A stretch of DNA of 64,000 nucleotides from an uncultured Candidatus Rokubacteria bacterium. GTDB lineage: Bacteria > Methylomirabilota > Methylomirabilia > Rokubacteriales > CSP1-6. Shown here piece after piece: positions 53,959 through 64,000 of the stretch (positions are counted from its first letter, which is position 1; each line of letters starts with the position of its first letter). Location: positions 2,464,001-2,528,000 of the forward strand of contig CAVYTA010000006.1 of the NCBI GenBank assembly GCA_963771355.1. Reading direction: 5' to 3'. The notes beneath the pieces were generated by a model that was given only the letters and a program-made list of their open reading frames with translations, made no database searches and had not been told where the DNA came from. The translations under genes and the position numbers were made by a program.

Positions 53959-55022
53959 CCGCCGGCGTCCAGGCTCACCGGTCCCCAGAACACCGGCTCG
54001 GGGGTGAGGCGGACGCCGAAGCGGTCGGCCACGCCGTCGCGCACCCGGCGCGCGAAACCGGCCACGTCGCCGGCGCGCGCGCCGTCGTGGCAGACGATGG
54101 CGAGCGTATGCCGCGTGGAGAGCCCCACCGGACCCGCGCGCTCGCCGCGGCGGAAGCCGGCTCGCTCGATGAGCCAGGCCGCCGAGAGCTTCACGCGCCC
54201 GTCCGGCTCGGGCCAGCGCGGCATGCCCGCCTCGGCGCCGACGAGCGCCTCCACGCGCGCCACGTCCGCGGCGGCCAGCACCGGGTTCACGAAGAAGGAG
54301 CCGCAGGAGCGCCGGTTCGGGTCGCCGGGGTCGAGCACCATGGACTTGGCCCGGCGGATCTCGATCACGCTCTGGCGCACGTCCGCGAGCGTGGGGGCGG
54401 CGAGGCCGCGGCCTTCCAGGTGCCGCGTCAGCTCGGCATAGCGCACCGTGGGCGCCCCGCCGGGACGCAGGCGATAGGTCACCGCAAGGACGACGAAGCG
54501 CTCGGGCTCGGCGCTACGGAACAGGCTGTCGCGATAGCCGAATCGGCACTCCGCGGCGGACAGCGTGACCACGCGCCGGCTCGCGCGATCCACCGCGCGG
54601 AGCCCGGTGACGGTCTGGCTCACGTCCTGACCGTAGGCGCCCACGTTCTGTATGGGCGTGGCGCCCACCAGCCCGGGGATACCCGACAGGCACTCGAGCC
54701 CGGCCCACCCCCGCGAAACCGCGTGGTCCACGAGCTCGTCCCAGGGCTCGCCCGCCGCGGCGGTGAGCTCCACCGCACCCGCGGCCTCCCGCGCCTCTCG
54801 GCCCCGGAGCGCGACCTGGATCACCAGCGCCTCGAGGCCTTCGTCGGCGACCACCACGTTGGAGCCGCCCCCGAGCACGCGGACCGACACGCCGCGGGCG
54901 GCCGCCCAGTCCAGCGCGTCGACGATCTCCGCCTCCTGGCGCGCCTTCACGAACCAGCGCGCGGGCCCACCCACACCGAGCGTGGTCCGCGAGGCGAGAG
55001 AGACCCGCTCGAGCACGGCCAT
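53955..55022 (-). CDS. murB: UDP-N-acetylenolpyruvoylglucosamine reductase
   Basis: 'LGGGSN', 'GIPGLVGATPIQNVGAYG', 'FGYRDS', 'GSFFVNP', 'L.PEP'. Confidence 0.95.
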   Translation of the reverse strand: MAVLERVSLASRTTLGVGGPARWFVKARQEAEIVDALDWAAARGVSVRVLGGGSNVVVADEGLEALVIQVALRGREAREAAGAVELTAAAGEPWDELVDHAVSRGWAGLECLSGIPGLVGATPIQNVGAYGQDVSQTVTGLRAVDRASRRVVTLSAAECRFGYRDSLFRSAEPERFVVLAVTYRLRPGGAPTVRYAELTRHLEGRGLAAPTLADVRQSVIEIRRAKSMVLDPGDPNRRSCGSFFVNPVLAAADVARVEALVGAEAGMPRWPEPDGRVKLSAAWLIERAGFRRGERAGPVGLSTRHTLAIVCHDGARAGDVAGFARRVRDGVADRFGVRLTPEPVFWGPVSLDAGG

Positions 55023-55088
55023 CGTCTCCATTCTATCTTGACAGCGGCCGAGCCCGCGTGGCTCGCTAGGCCCCCAGGAGGCCTCACC

Positions 55089-56093
55089 ATGCGATTCGGA
55101 ATCGGGCTGTCGGTGCAGCACCGGCCGGAGGAGCCGCAGCCCCGGCGGTTCGCGGAGCACCTCGAGCAGGTGCGGCTGGCGCGCCAGGTCGGCTTCGCGT
55201 CCATCTGGGCGAGCCAGCACTATCTCTCGGATCCCTTCACGTATTTCCAGCCCATCCCGACCCTGGCCCGCGTCGCCGCCGAGGCCCCCGGCATGACGCT
55301 CGGCACCGGCGTCATCCTCTTGCCGCTCCATCATCCCGTCGAGCTGGCCGAGCAGCTCGCCACGCTGGACGTCATCACCGACGGCCACTTGATCGTCGGG
55401 CTGGGCCTGGGCTATCGCGACGCCGAGACCCTCGCGCTCGGGCTGGACCCGAAGGACCGGGTGGGACGCCTGGTGGAAGGCCTGGAGGTGCTCGAGCGCG
55501 TGTGGTCGGGCGAGCCCGTGGACTACGAGGGCAAGCACTTCCGCCTTCACAATGTCCGCCTGTCGATGCCCCCGGTGCAGCGCCCGCGCCCGCCCATCTG
55601 GCTCGCCGCCAACGGCGACGTGGGCGTGAAGCGGGCGGCGCGGCTCGCCGACACCTGGCTGATCAACCCGCACACCGCGCTGCCCACCCTCGAGCGCCAG
55701 CTCGCGCTCTTCCACGCCGCTCGCCGGGACGCCGGTCGCGCGCCCGCCGCAGAGGTGCCGCTGATCCGCGAGTGCTACGTGGCGGAGAGCGCGGCCACCG
55801 CCTTCGAGGAGGTGCGCCCCTACCTCGAGCCCAAGTACCAGGCGTATCGGCAGTGGGAGCAGGAAAAGGCGCTGCCGGAGGGCGAGACCTGGAGCTCGGC
55901 CTTCGCGGAGCTTGCCCGGGACCGCTTCATCATCGGCGATCCCGTGCGGGTGCGCGAGGAGATCGCGCGCTATCGCGAACGGCTGGGCGTCACCTCGATG
56001 ATGTTCCGCCTCCAGTGGCCGGGGCTGGACCAGGCCCGCGTGCTCCGCTCCATCCGGCTCTTCGGCGAGCAGGTCCTGCCCCACTTCTCCTGA
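55089..56093 (+). CDS. LLM-class flavin-dependent oxidoreductase
   Basis: 'SQHYL', 'LHHPVELAEQLATLD', 'PVQRPRPPIW'. Confidence 0.9.
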   Translation: MRFGIGLSVQHRPEEPQPRRFAEHLEQVRLARQVGFASIWASQHYLSDPFTYFQPIPTLARVAAEAPGMTLGTGVILLPLHHPVELAEQLATLDVITDGHLIVGLGLGYRDAETLALGLDPKDRVGRLVEGLEVLERVWSGEPVDYEGKHFRLHNVRLSMPPVQRPRPPIWLAANGDVGVKRAARLADTWLINPHTALPTLERQLALFHAARRDAGRAPAAEVPLIRECYVAESAATAFEEVRPYLEPKYQAYRQWEQEKALPEGETWSSAFAELARDRFIIGDPVRVREEIARYRERLGVTSMMFRLQWPGLDQARVLRSIRLFGEQVLPHFS

Positions 56094-56108
56094 TCGAAGG
56101 GCTCCGCC

Positions 56109-57194
56109 TCAGGGGAAGTCGAGAATCTCCACCCAGTTCGGGTTCTGGCCCATCGGATACTCCTTCAGCTTGGTCAGCTTGCCGCTCTCCGGATCGATGC
56201 GATAGCTCGAGAGCGCGTGAGAGAGCTGGCCGACCGCGAGTAGATAGCGTCCGGTGGAGTCGATATTGAAGCCGCGCGGCTGCTTCTCCGTGGCCACGCT
56301 CCCGATGGCGGTGAGCGTGCCGTCCGACGGATTCACCCGGAAGCCGGCCAAGGTGCTCGACGTCCGCTCCGAGCCGTAGAGGAAGCGGCCGTCGGGCGTC
56401 ACGTGAAGGTCCGCCGCCGACGGCTTGCCCTGGAAGTCCGGCGGGAGCGCGCTCACGCTCTGCTTCTGCTTGAGCTGGCCCCGGGCGGCATCGTAGTCGA
56501 ACACGTAGACGAAGCCGTCCAGCTCCCCGATGAGATAGACGATGCGGCCATTGGGATGGAACACGAAGTGGCGCGGGCCGGCTTTTTCCTTCACGCTCAC
56601 CGACGGCGGGCTGGCCGGCGCGAGCTGGCCGGTGGTGGGATCGAGGTCGAACTGGTTGACCTTGTCGTTCCCCAGCGTGGGGACGAGCACGTGCCGGTTC
56701 CCGGCGTCGACGAGAATGGCGTGCGCGTTCGGATGATCGGGCAGGATCTGCTGGGCCGGCTGCACCGTCCCCGGCGGTCCGATGGGGCTCACGGTGACCT
56801 TGTGCCCCGGATACGAGGCGCCGAGCAGGTAGCGCCCGGTACGATCGGTGGAGATATACGCCATGCTGTCGGGCAAGGGCCCGCTGGCGAGGTGCTTGAG
56901 CCGGCCGCTCGCGGGATCGATGGCGAAGCCGGCCACGATCTTCGGCTCGCCGCGCGTCCCCACGTAGAGGATGCGGCGATCCGGGCTCACCGCCATCGGC
57001 GTCGAGTTACCGGGCTTGGTGATGCCGGGGATGCCGACCTTCTCCACCACGGTGAGGTCGCCGCTCGGCCGGTCGAGCGCGAGCACCCACACCTCGTTGC
57101 TCTCGGCATTGCCGACATAGACGAAGGTGGCGGCGGGGGCTGGCGTTGCGGTCATGGTGACGGCCATGAGGACGGCGAGAAAGATTCCACGCAT
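56109..57194 (-). CDS. Beta-propeller lactonase (6-phosphogluconolactonase/Pgl family), secreted
   Basis: 'GPRHFVFHP', 'AADLHVTPDGRFLYGSER', 'PRGFNID'. Confidence 0.88.
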   Translation of the reverse strand: MRGIFLAVLMAVTMTATPAPAATFVYVGNAESNEVWVLALDRPSGDLTVVEKVGIPGITKPGNSTPMAVSPDRRILYVGTRGEPKIVAGFAIDPASGRLKHLASGPLPDSMAYISTDRTGRYLLGASYPGHKVTVSPIGPPGTVQPAQQILPDHPNAHAILVDAGNRHVLVPTLGNDKVNQFDLDPTTGQLAPASPPSVSVKEKAGPRHFVFHPNGRIVYLIGELDGFVYVFDYDAARGQLKQKQSVSALPPDFQGKPSAADLHVTPDGRFLYGSERTSSTLAGFRVNPSDGTLTAIGSVATEKQPRGFNIDSTGRYLLAVGQLSHALSSYRIDPESGKLTKLKEYPMGQNPNWVEILDFP

Positions 57195-57217
57195 GGGGCC
57201 CTCCTCTGAATGCTGTG

Positions 57218-58384
57218 CTAGACCACCTTGTCCGCGCGCAGCGTCTTGATCTCGTCCGCGGAGAATCCGAGCTCGCCCAGGATCTCGTCCGTGTGCTCGC
57301 CGGGATCCGGCGAGTGGAGACGCACGGACGCGGGCGTCCGCGACAGTGTGACCGGGGGCGCCTGCACGCGCACCTCGCCCAGCGCCGGATGCTTCACCGG
57401 CACCGCCATCTGGAGATGCTGCACCTGTTCGTTCTCGAACATCTCCTTCACGTCCAGGATGGGGCCGGACGGCACGCCCTTGGCGTTGAGAAGCTCCACC
57501 CAGTCCGCGCTGGTGCGCGACACGAAGGCCTTCTCCAGCTCCACCGCCAGCGCCTTGCGATTCTTGGAACGGTCGGGCGCGGACTTGAAGCGCGGGTCGT
57601 TCAGGAGCGGCTCCGTGCCCAGCGCCTCGCAGAGGCGGCGGAACATGTTCTGCCCGGAGGCGGCGATATTGATGTGGCCGTCCTTGGTGCGGAAGACGCC
57701 GGTGGGGATGGCGGTGGGGTGATCGTTACCGGCCTGGGGCGGGATCTCGCCTGCGATGAGCCAGCGCGCGGCCTGGAAGTCCAGCATGGTCATCATGGCC
57801 TGCAGCAGCGAGGTGTGCACCCACTGGCCCTTGCCCGAGCGCTCCCGCTCCAGCAGCGCCACCAGGATGCCCTGCGCCAGGAAGATGCCCGCGGTGAGAT
57901 CGGCTACCGGGATGCCCACGCGCACCGGTCCCTGGCCGGGCAGGCCGGTGATGGACATGAGCCCGCCCATGCCCTGGGCGATCTGGTCGTAGCCGGGGCG
58001 GTCGCGATAGGGCCCCGTCTGGCCGAAGCCCGAGATGCTGCCGTAGACGAGCCGGGGGTTGAGCTTGCTCAGCGTGTCGTAGTCGATGCCCAGGCGCGTC
58101 TTGACGTCGGGGCGGAAGTTCTCGACCACCACGTCGGCCTTGGCGATCAGACGCTTGAGGATGTCGATACCCTTGGGGGACTTCAGATCGAGCGTGAGCG
58201 ACCGCTTGTTGCGGTGGAGATTCTGGCTGTCGAAGCCGCGGCGGGGAAAGTCGCCCTCCACGTCCTCGCGCGCGGAGATCTGGATGACGCGCGCCCCCAT
58301 GTCCGCGAGCTGGCGGACGGCGGTGGGGCCGGAGCGGGCGCGGGTGAGGTCGATCACGGTATAGGGCGAGAGCGGCAGCGTCAT
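57218..58384 (-). CDS. CoA-transferase family III (CaiB/BaiF)
   Basis: 'HRNKRSLTLDLK', 'ENFRP', 'SISGFGQTGPY', 'GEHTDEIL'. Confidence 0.95.
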   Translation of the reverse strand: MTLPLSPYTVIDLTRARSGPTAVRQLADMGARVIQISAREDVEGDFPRRGFDSQNLHRNKRSLTLDLKSPKGIDILKRLIAKADVVVENFRPDVKTRLGIDYDTLSKLNPRLVYGSISGFGQTGPYRDRPGYDQIAQGMGGLMSITGLPGQGPVRVGIPVADLTAGIFLAQGILVALLERERSGKGQWVHTSLLQAMMTMLDFQAARWLIAGEIPPQAGNDHPTAIPTGVFRTKDGHINIAASGQNMFRRLCEALGTEPLLNDPRFKSAPDRSKNRKALAVELEKAFVSRTSADWVELLNAKGVPSGPILDVKEMFENEQVQHLQMAVPVKHPALGEVRVQAPPVTLSRTPASVRLHSPDPGEHTDEILGELGFSADEIKTLRADKVV

Positions 58385-59277
58385 TTCCGGGCTCCTTGAT
58401 CGGGAGGAAGGATGGCCGAGCCGGACACCGACCGGGGATTCCGCAGCGGCCAGCGGCCGGCATCCACCGCGGTGAGGAAATCGAGCACGCCGCGATTGAA
58501 GGCGTCGGGCTCTTCGAGATTGATGGCGTGCCCGGTCCTGGGCAGCACCAGCAGCCCCGAGGACCGGATCTTCCGCTTGAGGTACAGCGCCGGCTCCAGG
58601 CACGGCTCGTCCTCGTCGCCGGTCATGATGAGCGTCGGCACCTCCAGCCGCTCCAGCTCGCGCTCGAGCTCGTACACCGACGGTCGCGTCATCTGCACGC
58701 CCTGCATGGTCAGCGCGTGCCCGCGCGCGGACTGGGCCACGAACTGGTCGTACAGCTCCTGCCAGCCCTTGGGGTCCTTGTCCATGAGCTGCACCCGCGT
58801 GGGGCCCTTGGTGTAGAAGTCCGCCACCGCCACGATGCCGTCGTCGAGGAAGCGCCGCGCCGTCTCCTCGACGTCTTTCTGGAAGCGCGCCCGCTCACCG
58901 GGCACGCTGCCATAGCCCGCGCCGGCGACGACGAGGGACCGGGCGCGTTCGGGATGGCGAATTCCGAAGTGGAGCGTGGCATAGCCGCCCATGGACAGCC
59001 CGCAGATATGCGCCCGATCGATGCCCAGCGCGTCGAGCATGCCCCGGATGTCCTCCACCGCCTGGTCCTGGGAATAGGCGGCGGGGGTCTCGGGCACGTC
59101 GGAGGGCGGATACCCGCGGGCGTTGTAGGCGATCGTGCGGTAGCGGCGGGCGAAGAACCTCACCTGTAGATGCCAGCTCTGATAGTCACCGGCGAACTCG
59201 TGGACGAAGACGAGGGGGACTCCCGCCCCGAACTCTTCGTAGAAGAGGCCGATACCGTTGACGCGCGCGGTGGGCAT
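58381..59277 (-). CDS. Alpha/beta hydrolase
   Basis: 'HEFAGD', 'GLSMGG', 'GHAINLEEP'. Confidence 0.92.
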   Translation of the reverse strand: MPTARVNGIGLFYEEFGAGVPLVFVHEFAGDYQSWHLQVRFFARRYRTIAYNARGYPPSDVPETPAAYSQDQAVEDIRGMLDALGIDRAHICGLSMGGYATLHFGIRHPERARSLVVAGAGYGSVPGERARFQKDVEETARRFLDDGIVAVADFYTKGPTRVQLMDKDPKGWQELYDQFVAQSARGHALTMQGVQMTRPSVYELERELERLEVPTLIMTGDEDEPCLEPALYLKRKIRSSGLLVLPRTGHAINLEEPDAFNRGVLDFLTAVDAGRWPLRNPRSVSGSAILPPDQGARK

Positions 59278-59329
59278 GCGAGCCGCAGTGTACTCCAGCG
59301 CGCCGATGGGCTCAACGCCCGGCGCCCCG

Positions 59330-60466
59330 TCAGCCCGCGGGCGTGTCCGGCCGCAGGAGCGCCCGCATCGCCGCCGCCAGGGCGGCGACGTGCACGGTGA
59401 TGCACGTGAGATGCGCGCCGGGCACCAGCACCGCCCGGCGCTGCGGCACCGCCTGGCGCCACCAGCGGTCGGAGCCCCGCCGAAGGCGCTCGGGCTCCGC
59501 CTCCGGCCACAGGATGTCGACGGGCCCTCGGTACGCGCCGGGCCGGTAGGCGCGCATCACGGGACGATACGCCTCGAACACGGCCGTCCGTCCCGACGCC
59601 GAGGTCGCGCCACGCGCGGCCCGACGAGCAGATGGCGCAGCCTTCGCCGCCAGCCCCGCGCGACGCGCGAGCGCCCGGAGCACGGCGGCCGCGCGGGCGC
59701 GCCCGTCCAGGCGACCCAGCGCACGCAGGCGCGCCTGGTAGTACCAGCCGAGCTCCTCGAGCCGCCCGAGCGGGCCTCCGGAGGACGGCGTCTCCGCCGC
59801 CGGCAGCACCGGCGCGACGAGCACCAGCCGCTCCACACGCTCGCCCTGCGCCTCGAGCAGCCGCGCCATCTCGAAGGTGACGTGGGCGCCGTGACAGAAC
59901 CCGCCGAGCCAGTAGGGGCCTTGCGGCCGCAGCGCGCGGAGCATCTCGAGGTGGGACACCGCCATGGCCTCGATGTTGGGCGGCAGGGGTCGGCCGTCCG
60001 CGCCATGCGAGGGCAACGCGTAGAAGGGCTGATCCCCGCCGAGATGCCCGGCGAGGCGCAGGCAGTAGAAGCCGCCGCCGTTCACATCCCCGTGGGCGAA
60101 GAAGAAGGGCACGACGCCGCCCGCGGCGGAGTCGGCGTCGAGGTTGCGCGCGACGATCACCCGGGGGCGGCTGGGCCCCGCCGCCTGCTTGAGGAGCTCG
60201 GCGAGGCGCTCCACGGTGAGGTCCAGGCTCAACGCCTCCCCGGGCAGGCGCTGGCCGCACGCCTTCTCCACGCGGTCGACCATGCCCGCCGCGAGCGTGG
60301 CGTCACCGCCGAGAGCGGCGAAGGACTGGCTCACGCCGATGGGCCGGCGGCCGAGCACGTCCTCCCAGATGCGGGCAAGGATGATCTGCAGGGGATCGCG
60401 CGGCCGCACGAGAGGCCCGTCGCCGGCGTGCTCCGAGGGCCTGGCCGCGGGGTCGCCCGGAGTCAT
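59330..60466 (-). CDS. Carrier-protein-like domain fused to NRPS/PKS-type thioesterase
   Basis: 'LARIWEDVLG..PIGV..SFAALGGDAT', 'GPYWLGGFCHGA', 'VPGAH'. Confidence 0.85.
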   Translation of the reverse strand: MTPGDPAARPSEHAGDGPLVRPRDPLQIILARIWEDVLGRRPIGVSQSFAALGGDATLAAGMVDRVEKACGQRLPGEALSLDLTVERLAELLKQAAGPSRPRVIVARNLDADSAAGGVVPFFFAHGDVNGGGFYCLRLAGHLGGDQPFYALPSHGADGRPLPPNIEAMAVSHLEMLRALRPQGPYWLGGFCHGAHVTFEMARLLEAQGERVERLVLVAPVLPAAETPSSGGPLGRLEELGWYYQARLRALGRLDGRARAAAVLRALARRAGLAAKAAPSARRAARGATSASGRTAVFEAYRPVMRAYRPGAYRGPVDILWPEAEPERLRRGSDRWWRQAVPQRRAVLVPGAHLTCITVHVAALAAAMRALLRPDTPAG

Positions 60467-60729
60467 GTCCCCGCGATGCGGGCGCTGATGCACGCGGCGA
60501 AGCTTCCGACCGTGAGCAGCGGCGCCTCGTCGAAGTCCCGCGTGGGATCGAACTCCACGCCGAACTCGGTCTCGGCCGCGACGATCAGCTCGAGCAGCGC
60601 CACCGAGTCGAGCCAGAAGCCGCCCTCACGGAGGGGAGTCTCCGGGCCGGCGTCCGGCGGCGTCCGGTCCGCGCCGGCCGTCTGGGCGCAGAGAGCAAGG
60701 AGGCGCCCGAGCACCGGGTCGCCCGTCAT
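60463..60729 (-). CDS. Stand-alone acyl carrier protein
   Basis: 'WLDSVALLELI...ETEFGVEF'; ATGA overlaps on both sides. Confidence 0.8.
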   Translation of the reverse strand: MTGDPVLGRLLALCAQTAGADRTPPDAGPETPLREGGFWLDSVALLELIVAAETEFGVEFDPTRDFDEAPLLTVGSFAACISARIAGT

Positions 60730-61667
60730 CGCCGCCCCTCGCCCGCCGCCCTTTCCGCCGCCATCACTTCGTGTGCGTAGGCGGTGTTGACCAGGGCGCC
60801 GTACGGATGCGCGCGCTGGATGAAGCGCCCCGCGAGGAGGATCTCCTGAAGGTAGGCATAGCCGCCGCGCCGTAGCAGCGGATCTCGGGACCAGGTGTGC
60901 TGGCGCATGAAGCGCGCGGCCGCCCGACCGAGCAGGCCCGTCTCGACCGTCGGGAAGGCCGGCGCCACCACCCGCGCGACGTCGGCCGCCTCGCTTCCGG
61001 CCAGCCAGCGCTGGGTGCGGTACACGGCCCGGACGAAGCGGCGGACGAGCTCGGGCTCGCGCGCCAGGAGCTCCGGCGTGGCCATGTAGGAGGTGAAGGG
61101 CACGGGGCCGGTGGCCTCGCCCATGGACACCGCCACGTGGGCCACACCATCGGCCACCAGCTCCTCCACCGCGGGCTGGGTGGTCTCGAGGAAGTCGCCC
61201 TCGCCGGCGCGGAAGGCGGCGATCGCGTCGGCCAGGGGCCGGTCGCGCTCGATGCGCACGCGGGCGGGATCGACGGCGGCGCGCCGCAGGACGGTCAGCA
61301 GGCACTGCCACGGCGTGGGCGCCTCCGCGAACCCGATCACCGTCTTGCCGATGAGATCCCGGAACGTGAAGCGTGGCATCGGCCGGCGGGCCAGGAGGAA
61401 GAAGCCGCTCCGGCTGCACACCTCCGCGAAGTGCGTGACCACCTGGCCGGTGCGATCGGCCAGCTCGAAGCTTCGCATGAGCCCGCCCAGGCAGATCTCG
61501 ATCTCCCCATCGAGCAGCGCCTGCATGGTCCCGCGCGGATAGGCCGCCGCGGGCGCCACGGTCACGTCGAGGCCCTCCTCCGCGAAGTGCCCGAGCGCGA
61601 CGCCGGCGACGAGCGGCGCGTAGAAGGGGGTGGGGAAGGGCATCGGCACGGTGACGGCGCGGGCCAT
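60726..61667 (-). CDS. NitT/TauT (NMT1/THI5-like) substrate-binding protein
   Basis: 'FYAPL..G.FAEEGLDV', 'DLIGKTV', 'GPVPFTSY'. Confidence 0.85.
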   Translation of the reverse strand: MARAVTVPMPFPTPFYAPLVAGVALGHFAEEGLDVTVAPAAAYPRGTMQALLDGEIEICLGGLMRSFELADRTGQVVTHFAEVCSRSGFFLLARRPMPRFTFRDLIGKTVIGFAEAPTPWQCLLTVLRRAAVDPARVRIERDRPLADAIAAFRAGEGDFLETTQPAVEELVADGVAHVAVSMGEATGPVPFTSYMATPELLAREPELVRRFVRAVYRTQRWLAGSEAADVARVVAPAFPTVETGLLGRAAARFMRQHTWSRDPLLRRGGYAYLQEILLAGRFIQRAHPYGALVNTAYAHEVMAAERAAGEGRR

Positions 61668-61675
61668 GGACGCTC

Positions 61676-62528
61676 CTACTGCACGCGGAGGCGCGGGTCG
61701 AGGAGGTCGCGCAGGCCGTCGCCCAGAAGATTCAGGCTGAGCCCGGCGAGGGTGAGGGCGACGCCGGGGCAGAGGCTCACCCAGAAGGCCTCGCGGATGA
61801 CGTTCTTCCCGCTGGCGATGACATTCCCCCAGGACGGGACGTAGGGCGGCACGCCCACCCCGAGAAAGCCCAGGATGGCCTCGGCGAGGATCGCGTAGGC
61901 GAAGATGAAGCTCCCCTGCACCAGCAGCGGGCCCACGCAGTTCGGCAGGATGTGGCGGAAGGCGATGGTGAGGTCGCGCCGGCCGAGCGCGCGCGCGGCC
62001 TGGATGTAGTCGAGGTCGCGGATGCCGAGCACCGTGCTGCGGATGAGAATGGCGGTGCGCGGCATGTAGACGATGGACAGCGCGAGGATGACGTTCCACA
62101 CTCCCGGGCCCCGCGCGGCCATCAGCGCGATGGCGAGAAGGATGGCGGGAAAGGCCATCATCCCGTCCATGATCCGCATCACCACCGTCTCGAGCCGCCG
62201 GTTGAAGCCGGCCACCAGGCCCACCGCCACGCCGCCCAGCGAAGTCAGGAGCATGGTGGTCACCCCCACCAGGAGCGAGACGCGGCTGCCGTGCACGATC
62301 AGGCTGTAGACGTCGCGCCCGAACTCGTCGGTGCCGAGGAAGTGCTCCGCCCCCGGCGGCCGCAGCCGGCTCCCCGGCACGAGGCGGGTGGGATTGTGGG
62401 TGGAGATGAGATCGGCCAGGAAGGCGGCCAGCACGAAGACGAGCAGGATGGAGGCCCCCGTGACGACGTTGGGATGTCGCGCCATCCGGCGCAGCGTCCC
62501 CCAGCCCGTGCGCGCGCTCGCCTGCGGC

Positions 62529-62536
<8 letters not shown>
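61676..62536 (-). CDS. Peptide/nickel ABC transporter permease (DppC-like)
   Basis: 'LGTDEFGRD', 'RHILPN', 'NLLGDGLRD.LDPR'. Confidence 0.95.
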
Positions 62537-63473
<937 letters not shown>

Positions 63474-63521
63474 TGGCGAAGGGCGGGGCCGCCGCGGGGC
63501 GACCCCACCCGCATCAGCGCA

Positions 63522-64000
63522 CTACTTCTCGAGCCACACGTTGTAGAAACGGAGCCGCTCGTTGCTCTCGTCGAAGCCCTTGACGGCATTCCGCGCGGCC
63601 CTGAGCCCGAAGAGGTCGCCGTAGCGGATCACCGGGACTTTCTCGTAGAACAGACGGGTCTGCTGCTCCCACAGCGTCATGCGGCGCTTCGGGTCGGTCT
63701 CGCGCGCGAGCTCGGCGGCGATGCCCAGCATGGTCTCGTCATTGTTCCAGCCCGGCCAGGCCGGCGAGAGGTAGACGTGGTGAGTGGGGTCGTAGGCGCT
63801 GCCGATGCCGGTGGTGAAGGCGTCGTACTCCTTCGGGTTGTTCCGCCGCTTCACCAGGGTCGCCCAGTCCACCACCTGGAGATCGATGTTGAAGCCCACG
63901 TCCTCGAGCTGCTGCTTGGTGAGCAGCGCGAAGTCGTACATCCACTTGTACTCCTGGGTGGTCATGAAGCGGATCGGCTCCTTCTTGTAGCCGGCCTCCT
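63522..64000 (-). CDS. Peptide ABC transporter substrate-binding protein (family 5), C-terminal part
   Basis: 'QQLEDVGFNIDLQVVDWATL', 'YNVWLEK'; directly upstream of the permeases. Confidence 0.88.
   Translation of the reverse strand, partial: EAGYKKEPIRFMTTQEYKWMYDFALLTKQQLEDVGFNIDLQVVDWATLVKRRNNPKEYDAFTTGIGSAYDPTHHVYLSPAWPGWNNDETMLGIAAELARETDPKRRMTLWEQQTRLFYEKVPVIRYGDLFGLRAARNAVKGFDESNERLRFYNVWLEK

Overview
A high-GC bacterial chromosomal segment from a diderm organism (GT9 heptosyltransferase-like gene, outer-membrane beta-barrels, murB). The gene content (several LLM/F420-type oxidoreductases, paralogous PF04392-type ABC substrate-binding proteins) suggests Candidatus Rokubacteria/Methylomirabilota, but that is inference. 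About 80 genes can be called; family names are recognised from motifs, not from database searches. The main accessory feature is a minus-strand integron gene-cassette array with no integrase gene in the window. It has a candidate attI at about 34445-34477, six near-intact attC sites at 29614-33403, and increasingly eroded attC remnants down to about 23.1 kb and possibly 17 kb. Its two attI-proximal cassettes are about 1 kb ABC substrate-binding protein genes. Other points of interest: a probable selenoprotein hidden by an in-frame UGA with a SECIS-like hairpin (37513-38568), coupled to an LMW-PTP/ArsC-fold gene; a stand-alone carrier protein plus a carrier-thioesterase didomain lacking the carrier Ser, inside an ABC-importer operon; a 2Fe-2S gene with no canonical start codon; a tandem beta-barrel/Tat amidohydrolase/DUF1207 operon; and many apparently leaderless genes. 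No CRISPR array, rRNA, tRNA or transposase was recognised.
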